Positions 13,286-24,480 of a stretch of DNA of 42,735 nt are shown piece after piece. Every line of letters starts with the position of its first letter. Positions within the stretch are counted from its first letter, which is position 1. Below the pieces are notes generated by a model. The model had not been told where the DNA came from. It worked only from the letters and a program-made list of their open reading frames with translations, and made no database searches. A program made the translations under genes and the position numbers. The stretch is from Corallochytrium limacisporum Hawaii (lineage: Eukaryota; Protista; Pluriformea): positions 3,326-46,060 of the forward strand of contig PDIP01000152.1 in NCBI GenBank assembly GCA_002811645.1. The letters are read 5' to 3'.

Positions 13286-16163
13286 CCCCCCCTCCTCCCT
13301 GTACATTTCCAACAAAACTTTTCCGCCGCGAAAAATTCCCAAGGGTGGCCCCTGGACCAAGCCACTGAGTCACAAAAATGAATAGAGGATCCGTAGAATT
13401 GAGCCCTCACTTGCCTTTTGAGCCTCTGTTGTGCGTGGTTAGGGTGCGGTACTACTAATGTGGATGGTTTGTCCCAAAATCCCCATGTGAGGCATTCATT
13501 TTAATAGTGGGCAACCTCATTGTCCGTCCAAACAAAGGACTATTCCTTCAATATACACGCAGGTTCGGAATGCAAGCGACGCCAGTGGCTTACGTATGCG
13601 CCACTCTGGCGCCAAAAATCTTCCCGGTGACAGCACGAGCGCAGAATGGCATCCTTACCTGTCCTTTTCATATAGCAGTTACCGGGAAAACGCTTACTAT
13701 CAACCGAAAGATCTACGGCTACGCATGACCTAACACCCAAACATCACGTATTGACAACTAAATCGCTAATACTCATTGTAGCAATGTTTTGAAAAACATT
13801 CCGCTCTCCTCGCATTGAACAACAAACTTGTCATACTCACTTATCTATATCATGTCAGCATCCTACTGTACATATACTTATAGATAGACAGTCGTTGATC
13901 AAATTCACGATGCGGCATGTTTGATCAGTGTGTACAATTGGGTACGCTACTCCAAACATGAGGACAATATGAAGTGTCAAAATCTTGACTTCTATATTGC
14001 ACTGACGGTTACAATACACAGCCCAGGATTTTTCTTTGAAGGGCCAATATCTGCTATCCAATGAACGATCAATGCGTTTGCGTCTTTGTGGACATTCCAA
14101 CACTCACCAGCATCCAGTCCACCATGAGAAACATGCCTAACCGCGGATCAAAAGGCATGCCAAGAATTAAGCGACTTATACGGAACTCCATGGTGACATG
14201 CACTCCTTCACTTAATACTGTTATGCGTATCTTTCACCTATCTCTCGCCTAAAAACCCGTGTATGTCTCTGTGTCGGTGAGTGTGTCTGTTGTCTCTGTA
14301 TCTCTACCGCTGCTTCTTTCTTTCTCCCTTTCTTACTCTTTGCATACGGAATTGTGTGCTGTTAGGCTTTTGATAATGTGCAGTACCCAATCAATGTCAT
14401 TTTCCACTGGTGTGTTGCTCTCCACCCCAGCAAGGGCTTCCCTACGCTCGTGCTCTTCTTCTCGTTCGTCCTTCTTTCGTTGCTCTCTCACTCTCTCTCT
14501 CCCTGTCTACCACTACTTTCTCTGCTCTCTGCATAGGAGGATTACGTGTTCATCCATCCACCCTGTCTCTACGTCACACTCTACTCCGAACCGTGTCTCT
14601 ACTCTTCCACCCTCTCCCACTCACGCTGTCGCTTTCTGTACCTCTCGCCCACTCACACAAGTCACCCTTCCTCCGATGTTCGCGATCAGGCCTTTACCAT
14701 TTTTTCCTTGGTTGTCGTCCCCTTATAAAGTTCCAATACCCAGTCACTCGGTCCGCTAATTAAAGAAAGTCAGGACTTCTGTCCAATGCGCCGTGTTGTA
14801 GGGTGACACCACTGCCCATTGGACAATACTCCCAACGGAAGGATGAAAAACTAGCCAGGGCCCAACACTCATCTCCTTGTCGATAAACTGCCAAATTGTA
14901 TATCTATACCTTTCAGACCGGCCACAGTATTACCGTACAACCGTTTGATCAACCTACTGGCTAGGTCCAGAGCACAATTTCAGAAACACGTGCGTTAACA
15001 AGAATGACAGGTGCCTCAGCCATCGCTGCTCTTTGAAACCTTTTACTCAGTAATCTCACTCTCGTCAGCACAGCCTTGTACAAACTATTCAATCAAAGGT
15101 GGCCCGCTACCAAATTGACACTCGTCTCGATTCAGCACCGAGGTGAACACAAAAGAGATGGTGAACCTTCCTAAGAAATACACGTACAACGCCCATGGAA
15201 GACGATGGCTCGAACGCCACGGCCCGTGACTCATATATTGCAGAACTGAGGTGACACAAGGGTGTAGAATTCAGTGCGCACATGCAAGGAGCATCACCTA
15301 CATGTAGTTCAACCAAGACCGATCACTGGTTTTGTCAACCAGAACAACCGTACTTGGCAGTGGCAGTGATCAAACCGGTGTTTCCACTTCTCGTTCAGTA
15401 GACCTAAATGCTTTCCATATTAACCATACTGTCTACCCTTCCGTACGTACTGCCCCCCGCGCTTGATCACAAAAAAAAAATAAGGTAAAAACTTCGTCTG
15501 CACCCTGAGCAAACTCCGTTTTCCACTGAACTCATACTATTTCGCTCCGCATGTAGCGCAAGTCCACAACACCGAACCTTTGCCAGTGGTCCTAGTGTCA
15601 GTTAAATTCTTGGTCCACAGTCCATGCATGTTCGTTTGAAGTGTAGTTACCACCACAGCATTGTCCAATCTAGGGGATGAACTGTACATGGGCACATTGC
15701 AAAGTGAATTACACTAGTTTGCACATAATCCGACTTGTACCCCTGGCAAAACGCCTAAGATCTGTGTATTTAGGCTCGAGGGGAGCAGGTTAGGACGTTG
15801 CCGCCATTACTATTGAGGAAAGATATGGCCGGGGATAAGTTTGCATACGTAAATTGGGCTCATGGTGCGGTTGCGATGGACCCGCCTATGTGTCAAATAA
15901 GAGTGCGGTGTTAGCCACGGACAAAAGCAATGCGGATCTTTTCTTCAGGACTCGGCCCCAGGATGCTGCCCAGCCTTTGCGAGAGCGGGGCTCTGGAGAA
16001 CCAATCCGCCCACTCCACCTGCTTTGGTTTCCGGTTTGGAAGGCACGGGGTTGAGAAAGGTTACGCAGGCTACCTTTACAGGTGGACATTGTAACATGGA
16101 GGTTCACGTGTTAGAATAATTGCAAAGACTTAGCATGCTCCCCAATTACACACTGTACAACTA

Positions 16164-16300
16164 GAGCACAGGAAATGTGAGGCAACTGTTGTATTGAAAG
16201 TGCATGCTCGCTCGAGAACAACAGGAAAATGTGTGGCAACTGTTGCCCCGAATGAACATGTTGAGCAGACAAGTAGAGAACAGGAAATGTGTGAAGGTTG
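16164..16300. repeat. Degenerate ~55-bp-period repeat with core caggaaa(a)tgtg, three copies
   Basis: Cores start at 16169, 16222 and 16281; the first two continue into ggcaactgttg. Confidence 0.7.
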
Positions 16301-17634
16301 TGTATATTTAGAGTGAAATACGAATATTTACCACACTGTTTGCGAGAAATCACCTAGACTCGGTGGTCGCTGGCCTTGTGAATGTACCTGTGGACCTCGT
16401 GACTGGCAGCTGGCTTTGTATGGTTCAGCAACTGAGACTGTCAAGGACGCATGACGAGGCCAACTAGGATCCTTATGTGTACTACGCTTGCGGGCTACTG
16501 TACAAACCCCATCCTTGGGGAGAGTATTTCGTACTGAGAGGATATATTGTATTGTATGTTTTTAGCAACCCGTCCATCAAATCAGCATACGACGACTCTC
16601 ACCAAATTCCCATCCGCACAGTCAAAAGGAGCCGCAGACTTCGCCAAGCCGCAAGAGGTGGCTGGAGGAGGGTGGGGAAGGGGAGAAGGAAAAAAGAGAA
16701 GGGAGCCAGAAGGGGTCCCCCGAAGGGTCCCCCCTCCTCCTCCTCCCCCCGGGGGAGGGGATGGGCAGAGGGAAAGACAGTTGGGGCCTACGCAGGAAAA
16801 GTGTCCAAGGAGTCCATTTGCTCAGGGCTGCTTTAGACCTAAATCAAGATTTTGAAGCGGCTGTGGCTGAGTTGGCAGTTGGTGACCAGGGATGGAGGGG
16901 CGAGTCACCCGGCGGGTACACAACCACCTTCGATCTGCCAACATGAATCGCTTTCCACTTCTGATTTGAGGTCTGAGACGCATGACGCGCCTCGGTACAG
17001 TTGACATCGCTGGTGATTTAGAGCCTAAAGCGCGGTGTGGTCTCCGTAATGTTCACCGACAAACTGTGGGAGTACCAGTAGTTGTATACGTGACTTTCGC
17101 GGCAGTTCTGGTGGCAGTTTCGGGACTCGGGAATTGTCAGGCCGCACCTACTTCTGGCACGCCCAGTGCGTAGTACCCCAGCCTGCATCGTTTTGGTGAG
17201 ACTCCGTACGAACTATTGATGTGTGGAACTCCGCTTGCAATTAACCAAGAAGGCTCGTCTCGTTGTAGAATTCGCAGATTCCCCGGTTCCCCACCCCTCC
17301 CCCCGCGGGGGGAGCCATTTTCTCGCAAGCCCACTACAAGTGTCCCACCATCAGCGGCTGTCCGGAGGGAGGCACAAAACCGGCAGCACCGTCCTGTGAC
17401 CTGGCGAAACTCTCGCATTGCCTGGCCTTAGTCACGCTCCGTAAGATCCACGTCTTACACACGGACTTTCCAGGTGCCGACCCGAGCCAGGTGAAAGACC
17501 TGTCCTAGCGTGCGTTCCCAAAATGTTATTGTGGGATTGTGAGGGTTGGTAAGTCGCTGTCTTTTTGGCTATGATTGTGGGTCTTTTTAATCAGAAATTG
17601 CGATGATTCTTTTGGACAAAGGTTGGCGCTTGAT

Positions 17635-18972
17635 TCACATCTCAGTGGCGTATACGTTGGTTTCCTGCACACATCCAGCGACAAAGTCGATACCAGCCTC
17701 CTGCTTTTTATTGTCGCGTATAGAGCCAAGGGTATGGAGTACAGCTCGACGACGAGCACCGTCAACGTGGCGCTGTAGGCGAGGAAATATAAAGACCGTG
17801 AACACACAGCTGGCAAAGCAGAAAGCGGCGTAAAACATGTAAGTGCCACCGCCGCCCAGAGCCTGAAGCATAGGAGACACTGACTGAGTCACTCCAAAGA
17901 CCAACAGATAGTTCAGAATACCAGAAGTAGCTGCACCAATCTGATGAGGCTCGAAGTATTCACCAACGACAAGCCAAGGGATGGGACCAAGACCGAAATT
18001 GAAGGCGAAAGTGAAGATGAAGATGGCAGCCAGGGCAAGACCAGGGGCAGTCACTGTGACATCCTCATCATTACCCTCACCAAGACCGCTGGTGATGAGC
18101 TCCTCGTCCTGGATGAAGAAGAAGGAAGCCAGCATAATCAGCGAGCCCAACATACCAAATGAGGAAGCGAAGAGAAGAACTTTCTTGCCCACCTTGTCAA
18201 TGATGAAGAGACTGATAACACCAGAGGACAGCTGGACAATCATGGTATACACAGCGACAATGTTGGGATCACCAAGGCCGGAACTCTCAACGATGGGGTT
18301 AATAAAAAAGATGACGACGTTGATGCCAGACATCTGCTGGAAGATCATGAGAGAGTAACTAATAATGTAAGGAGCCCATCCGGCACCACAATCCTTGGAC
18401 GTTGCCACTTGGGACTCAGGACGATGGGGCGCAGAGACAATAAAGAGGAAGGCCAGAACAGCGGCGCCCGAGGTACCAGCAGATATCCAACCCAGAGCCC
18501 TCCACCCGGCGAAGAGTCCAAACACATTGATCAGCAAGATGCCGACACCAATACCGACCTGGACAACCAATCCGAAAGCGCCTTCATGACCTTCGGGGGC
18601 AGAATCGTTGAGGAACAGAGGGGTGCATACGGTGGTGGCACCCAATGCGATACCAGTGATGATTCTGCCCAGCAGGATAACTCCGAAATTAGGGGCAAAG
18701 GCCTGGATGACCCAACCCAAGGTCATGATGGTACTAGCCATGATCTGACCACGGTAAGGGCCATAATTACGAGTCAGAACACCAAAAATGCCGGCGCCCA
18801 CGGCAGCGGCCAGAGCCAAGGAACCCGAGTAAGTACTGCTCTCGAAATCACTAAGTTCGAATTCATTTGAAATTGGGATCAGTGTAGGGGACGTGAAGGA
18901 AAGGCAGTAGCCAGCGACCACCGTCGAAATACCTGCAGCAACGGCCGGATAAACGAGTCTAGGGTCAAGCAT
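17635..18972 (-). CDS. MFS sugar porter (GLUT8/ERD6/Tret1-like), paralogue 1
   Basis: Motifs GYCLSFTSP, LLGRIITGIALG, FQQMSGINVVIFF, IDKVGKKVLL and GLGPIPWLVVGEYF; 12-TM pattern. ATG at 18972 aligns with the paralogue start. Confidence 0.93.
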   Translation of the reverse strand: MLDPRLVYPAVAAGISTVVAGYCLSFTSPTLIPISNEFELSDFESSTYSGSLALAAAVGAGIFGVLTRNYGPYRGQIMASTIMTLGWVIQAFAPNFGVILLGRIITGIALGATTVCTPLFLNDSAPEGHEGAFGLVVQVGIGVGILLINVFGLFAGWRALGWISAGTSGAAVLAFLFIVSAPHRPESQVATSKDCGAGWAPYIISYSLMIFQQMSGINVVIFFINPIVESSGLGDPNIVAVYTMIVQLSSGVISLFIIDKVGKKVLLFASSFGMLGSLIMLASFFFIQDEELITSGLGEGNDEDVTVTAPGLALAAIFIFTFAFNFGLGPIPWLVVGEYFEPHQIGAATSGILNYLLVFGVTQSVSPMLQALGGGGTYMFYAAFCFASCVFTVFIFPRLQRHVDGARRRAVLHTLGSIRDNKKQEAGIDFVAGCVQETNVYATEM

Positions 18973-19740
18973 CGTGCACAATGGGTACAAAATACAACGG
19001 ATATGAAAGATGCTGATGAGCTTTGATGATGATCCCTCGTCTGACCTGTAGTGGAAATCCCTTATGTACCTGGATGATCACTGCAAGGCTCGAGTCTTTT
19101 ATCAAACACGCTCATCAGCAAGGTGTGTAGTAATGAATAGACTGCTAGATGCCTCCAATATAGGATTGCGCAAATGGGGAGCTCCGGCTTGTCCAGCTTT
19201 GAGCTGTCGAAGGGAGCCATGTCCCTTCCCTCGCTTCAAGTTTCCAGCGATCTGGCTCGTGACTCCCTCAGCATGTAAATTCCTTCCATATTAGAGGAGA
19301 GAATACGCGTAGCAACAGTGCATGAGTCAGTTGAGTCATATAATCCTGCCCTCTAATGCTACATGCCCACCGATACCCTGTTCTTCCATTCGTATTGTGT
19401 CACATCCTTGGCGTGCGCAGTGTCCTCGTACCAAATACCGATGAAGGGCATGGACTACATGGACAGATCGAAGAAGCAGGAGAAGAGTAGGGACCGATCC
19501 AAACAGCAGCTAATGAATATGTACATGGATTTGTTGGTGATTGCGCTAAGGGTCTCGGCGTAAAGCTTTCCATTACTACGGATTGGAAGAGATTTAGTCG
19601 CATCAAATACAGAATCAAGTTGGACCCGCCATCCTCACATACGGGAGCTATGTGAACACAATTGCCAGGATTTCACACCAGCCGGATGATAGATGGGATC
19701 CGGATATGTACCAGCAGTGGTGTGAGGCGAATGTCCTCGT

Positions 19741-19808
19741 TTACTGCACCCTTCTAAGGGTTACTGCGTCTTGTAAAGGTTACTGCACCCTTGTCAAGGT
19801 TACTGCGC
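19741..19808. repeat. ~20-bp minisatellite (ggttactgc..cttgt.aa), about 3.5 copies
   Basis: ttactgc recurs four times at roughly 19-20 bp spacing. Confidence 0.8.
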
Positions 19809-21517
19809 TATGTGAGTCTACCTTGTTTACACATCTGTTGATGCAAGTGTGTTCATTGGTGCGGCACACATTACATAGTCAAGTAGGGATTAGTGAGACG
19901 ACCTCAATCTCCCCGGCTGGCGCGTCTATGAGGTTCCATCTCCGTCTCTGCCCCCTGCCCGAGCTCTCTTGAGAGGTCTCTCGTCAAACTCTGTAAAGAG
20001 AAACTGTCCTCGCTTCTTAACGTCTGATTCGGTGCCTTGCATTGGCTGAATTGAGACTGCACACCCACTCCAACATGAAGATGTGATGCACTGTTCCCAG
20101 CGCACTCATGGGCACGCACATGGAGAGTTGTGTGTATGTTAATAACTATCCTATTTCACATTTTAGTAACCGACGTTTTACGCATATTTGAAGTACTTGA
20201 CGCCCGGAAAGATACCGTGATGTGAAAACCCGCTTGCCCCACTAATGACCCAATAGTAATCAAACATCCGCATCTCGTAGGTTGTTAATCCATGCAGTCA
20301 GTTGACGAGGGAATCCTCGGTCTCCATGCCCAGAAAGAAACGACTCCACCTGGTAAGGACAGACTCGCAGTATTTCCCGGCACTCCTTTTTCATGTACTT
20401 TGAAATCGCCTCGGCCTCTTGCGAGTCCAATAGGCCACTTACCACTACGGAACTGACTCCCCCTTCTGTACCACCACCACCTTGTCGTTACTGAATCCTC
20501 AATTTTTAGCATGAGACATAGATTACTCGTCGCCATTAGCGATATCCACATCTGGGTGCCATTGCTTTGCCTCATTGCTGTCACAGCTCTCCCGTATTCG
20601 TCTACAACGTCGGGTGCCAAGCGCCGCCATGTCGACTTGACACAGTGGCCCCGGAAACCGATGTCCATAGTTGTGATCCGATGCCATACGATTGGCCACA
20701 CGGCACCCGATCTCTGGACCGTTCAGTAGGCCATTTCTCCGAACCACCGGTCCAGCAACCCACATGCACACCGTCCCGTCACACTCTCTTCTGAACCCAC
20801 ACACACACGCACAATCTCGGAACAACGACGACGAAACACCTGCCCAAAACCCAAAGAAAACTTGCCGTGAAGATAATAGGGGCCTAACAGAACCCTTGGA
20901 CCGTCCAATAGAATCCAAACAATGAAGAATCAAAACGGGAGACAAGAGGCAACAGTGTCACAAACCAGAGACGACGTACCCATGCCCTACCAGTTCCCCA
21001 TGGCATAATCTTGGCCTTGGCAAAAGATGTTCGGTTATCAGACCTAGTATTGACCCCCGTGTGCGGACAATCGGCACGAGTGCGTTTACGATGGAATGAC
21101 CTATGCCACATCTCTCCATTCGCCCCGTGTTGTGCTCTTCACTGGCCGATCTGCTACGTAGCCACGACCGGAGTGGGTCGCTCTTGTTTACGCTCTTTTC
21201 ACTTTCGTGGGTTGTCCCCTCCCCCTCTCCCGCCCCCCTTGGAGCCTCAATTTTCTCCCTCTCTCTCTCAGTTGAAGGTGTTTTCTTTGCTGGTTTTTCT
21301 TTGCATTCGGCTTATTTTTCCTTTCGTTTCTCCTTTTTCCTTTTTTTTTTTACTTTCTCGCGCTCCCTCGCGCGTGTGTGTGTGTGTGTGTGTTTTCCTT
21401 GGGAAAAGCAGGGTCCGTTTTCAAAGCGGGCGGTGCGCAGAAAAAAGGAGGACGGTGACGTAGGCTTTTTGGGTGGATCGGAGCGCAAAAGGGGAAGGGT
21501 AGCGGAGAGAGGGGGGG

Positions 21518-21804
21518 NNNNNNNNNNNNNNNNNNNNNNNNNNNNNNNNNNNNNNNNNNNNNNNNNNNNNNNNNNNNNNNNNNNNNNNNNNNNNNNNNNN
21601 NNNNNNNNNNNNNNNNNNNNNNNNNNNNNNNNNNNNNNNNNNNNNNNNNNNNNNNNNNNNNNNNNNNNNNNNNNNNNNNNNNNNNNNNNNNNNNNNNNNN
21701 NNNNNNNNNNNNNNNNNNNNNNNNNNNNNNNNNNNNNNNNNNNNNNNNNNNNNNNNNNNNNNNNNNNNNNNNNNNNNNNNNNNNNNNNNNNNNNNNNNNN
21801 NNNN
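21518..21804. other. Assembly gap
   Basis: Run of N flanked by G-rich sequence. Confidence 1.
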
Positions 21805-22990
21805 GGCCAGCCCGGGAGGGGGAAAGGGGAGGGGGGGAGAGCAGCAAATGGGGCCTTGTGGGTACGGACTGCAGCATCGGGGGGAGGGGGTGAATGGAGA
21901 CCAGGTCACCCCACACACAAAGATCAATCAGTAAAGTAGGTTGTAGCAACATACGTATTCCTAGGCGGAATGGCAGCCTGGGTCGTTGTTTTGGTTCCGA
22001 GTAGGACACACAAGCTGACGTTGGTTGCCGTTCTGGTAGTGAGCCATTACTTGAAGTGGAACAATAATTGGCATCGTTTGCTTGCTTGCCCAATGGTCGC
22101 AATCACCATACATTGTCTCTTGTACTGTGGTACTTGCAAGTACAATGTTCATGTTACGCCGTATGATGTACTACCACGGTACAATAGTCATATTTGGACA
22201 TGTAGGTGGTTTGGTTGACCTATTCATACTCTTACGCACAGACGATTGGCTGTTCGTTACGTCAAGGTCATGATTCAGAGGTTTGCCTGATCTGCTTTAT
22301 ATCTTCTCTTCTGTTGTGCACGCATTGGTTACTATACATGGTTTGCATGCCGAATATGAGCAACGGTGACTAATACATCCACCATTGAAATCGGCGTTGG
22401 GAAAGAAACGCTCGCAAACCAGGGGGAAAGCGACGTAGAATGCTCAACCTCTCCCGCAGTGGCTTTGAACATGTATCATGAAGCTGTCGTGCAGATAAAT
22501 GGGCACGTATTAGGCTGCACTGTTTGTTTTATCACCATGTTTATTGTTGAGATCTGGTAGCGGATAAATGGTAGTGACCGTTAGGCGAACTGCGGTAATG
22601 GCTGTAGTTGGGTGTCTGACCTTCCCCTCTTGTGTCCGCCGTATCAATCTCTTAGGATCCCATGCAAATCTACACGGGCAGCCAACTTGGCGTTCATTGG
22701 GGGACCCCGCGGACCCTCCTCTGCGAAATTTCCCAGAGCCCCACCCAGCCATAAGGGCAAATGCGGAGTATGGGGAGGAGGGGTGCAATTCACGTGCAGG
22801 GCCCTTTTCCCCTCGCCGAATTCCGGTTTGATTCCGTCCTGAAAGGATAGGAACGCGCTGCGCAGTTGTGCACATCATTGCTGTTGTATCCTAATATGTT
22901 ACACAGGTAGACTGTTGGAGGAATTCTTCTTATTATGCATGGTTTGAACATCTATGGTCAACGGTAGGAACGGTCAAAGGATCTTGAAGG

Positions 22991-22998
22991 TATATAAA
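22991..22998 (+). promoter_or_regulatory. TATA box of sugar porter paralogue 2
   Basis: TATATAAA about 150 bp upstream of ATG 23149; the same sequence is present in the duplicate at 26645-26652. Confidence 0.6.
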
Positions 22999-23148
22999 GG
23001 ATCCCCTGCCACACACCTCTGCACACCAATTGGAGATCAGCATATCATAGCATCGTTCGCGTCAAGTTCACATTGTTCACTGAGTTCGAATAGTTCGTAC
23101 AGATTCCATTGTTCACACACTTTGCATTCCATATCCAAAACATTCGCA

Positions 23149-24480
23149 ATGTTTGACCTCATCGGCCCAGCCGTTTCCGCCGGTCTCTCGACCATGGTCG
23201 CCGGTTATTGTCTTTCCTTCACTTCGCCGGCACTTCAACCGATCACAGATGAGTTCCAGCTCAGCGATTTCGAGAGCAGTACGTACTCCGGTGCCCTGTC
23301 TCTGGCCGCTGCAGTCGGTGCGCTTGGCTCCTTCTTCGTCACTCGCCACTATGGTCCTTACCGTGGTCAGATCTTGGCCAGTATCATCATGACCTTGGGT
23401 TGGGCCATCCAGGCCTTCGCCCCGAACTTCGCCATCATTCTGCTCGGTAGGATCATCACTGGTATTGCACTGGGTATTACCACTGCCTGCACACCTCTGT
23501 TCCTCAACGATTCCGCTCCCGAAGGTCGCGAAGGCGCTTTCGGATTTGTCGTCCAGGTCGGTATTGGTCTCGGTATCCTGTTGATCAACGTGTTTGGACT
23601 CTTCGCCGGATGGAGGGCTCTGGGTTGGATCTGTGCCGGTACCTCCGGCGCCGCTGTCCTGGCCTTCCTGTTTTCCGTGCCCACACCGCCTCGTCCCGTG
23701 CCTCAGGACGCCACTCCTAAGGCCAGCAGTGCCGGCCTGGCTCCGTACATCATCAGCATCATCCTCATGGTCTTCCAGCAGATGTCCGGTATCAACGTCA
23801 TCATCTTCTACATCAACCCCATTGCTGAATCCGCCGGTCTTGACGATCCCGAAATTGTCGCCGTGTACACCATGATTGTCCAGCTTGCCTCCGGTATCCT
23901 CAGTCTTCTCTTCATCGACAAGGTTGGCAAGAAGGTTCTTCTCTTCGCCTCTTCCTTCGGTATGATGAGCGCTTTGGTCATGCTTGCTTCCTTCTTCTTC
24001 ATCCAGGACGAGGAACTGATCACCAGCGGTCTCGGTGAGAGTGATGACGAGGAGGTCAACGCGACTTCCCCCGGTCTTGCCTTGGCTGCCATCTTCATCT
24101 TCATCTTCTCCTTCAACTGCGGTCTTGGTCCCATCCCTTGGTCCGTCGTTGGTGAGTACTTCGAGCCTCATCAGATTGGTGCTGCCACTACTGGTATCGC
24201 AAACTACCTGCTGGCCTTCGGTGTGACTCAGTCTGTGTCTCCTATGCTTCAGGCTCTCGGTGGCGGTGCTACTTACATGTTCTATGCCGCCTTCTGCTTT
24301 GCCAGCTGTGTGTTCACTGTCTTCATCTTCCCCCGTCTGCAACGCTACATCGACGACGCCCGCCGCGAAGCTATTGTCGAAGCTCCCAGCGCTGCCTCAC
24401 TGCCCGAGAAGAAGGAGCATATCCTTGACCATATCTCTGGTATCCCCGACAGTGCCAACGTTTACGCCGCTGAGGTGTAA
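23149..24480 (+). CDS. MFS sugar porter (GLUT8/ERD6/Tret1-like), paralogue 2
   Basis: Same motifs as 17635-18972 and alignable over the full length. ATG 23149 (MFDLIGPAV) matches the paralogue start. Strong C-ending codon bias. Confidence 0.93.
   Translation: MFDLIGPAVSAGLSTMVAGYCLSFTSPALQPITDEFQLSDFESSTYSGALSLAAAVGALGSFFVTRHYGPYRGQILASIIMTLGWAIQAFAPNFAIILLGRIITGIALGITTACTPLFLNDSAPEGREGAFGFVVQVGIGLGILLINVFGLFAGWRALGWICAGTSGAAVLAFLFSVPTPPRPVPQDATPKASSAGLAPYIISIILMVFQQMSGINVIIFYINPIAESAGLDDPEIVAVYTMIVQLASGILSLLFIDKVGKKVLLFASSFGMMSALVMLASFFFIQDEELITSGLGESDDEEVNATSPGLALAAIFIFIFSFNCGLGPIPWSVVGEYFEPHQIGAATTGIANYLLAFGVTQSVSPMLQALGGGATYMFYAAFCFASCVFTVFIFPRLQRYIDDARREAIVEAPSAASLPEKKEHILDHISGIPDSANVYAAEV

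Noticed and set aside
14080-14230. Minus-strand FRISRLILGMPFDPRLGMFLMVDW, reminiscent of a retropepsin C-terminus
   Set aside because: No catalytic D[ST]G motif and no adjacent RT or integrase motifs.
16164-16300. CRISPR-like repeat-spacer appearance
   Set aside because: Repeats are degenerate, spacers are mutually similar, the context is eukaryotic, and no cas genes are present.
16990-17240. TVDIAGDL and GETPYELL, reminiscent of an LTR integrase
   Set aside because: Isolated short matches interrupted by a stop, with no DDE spacing evident.
22954-23148. N-terminal extension of sugar porter 2 in the ORF track
   Set aside because: It spans the TATA box and is absent from the paralogue.
23113-24342. 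409-aa antisense ORF
   Set aside because: Shadow of the codon-biased sugar porter on the opposite strand.
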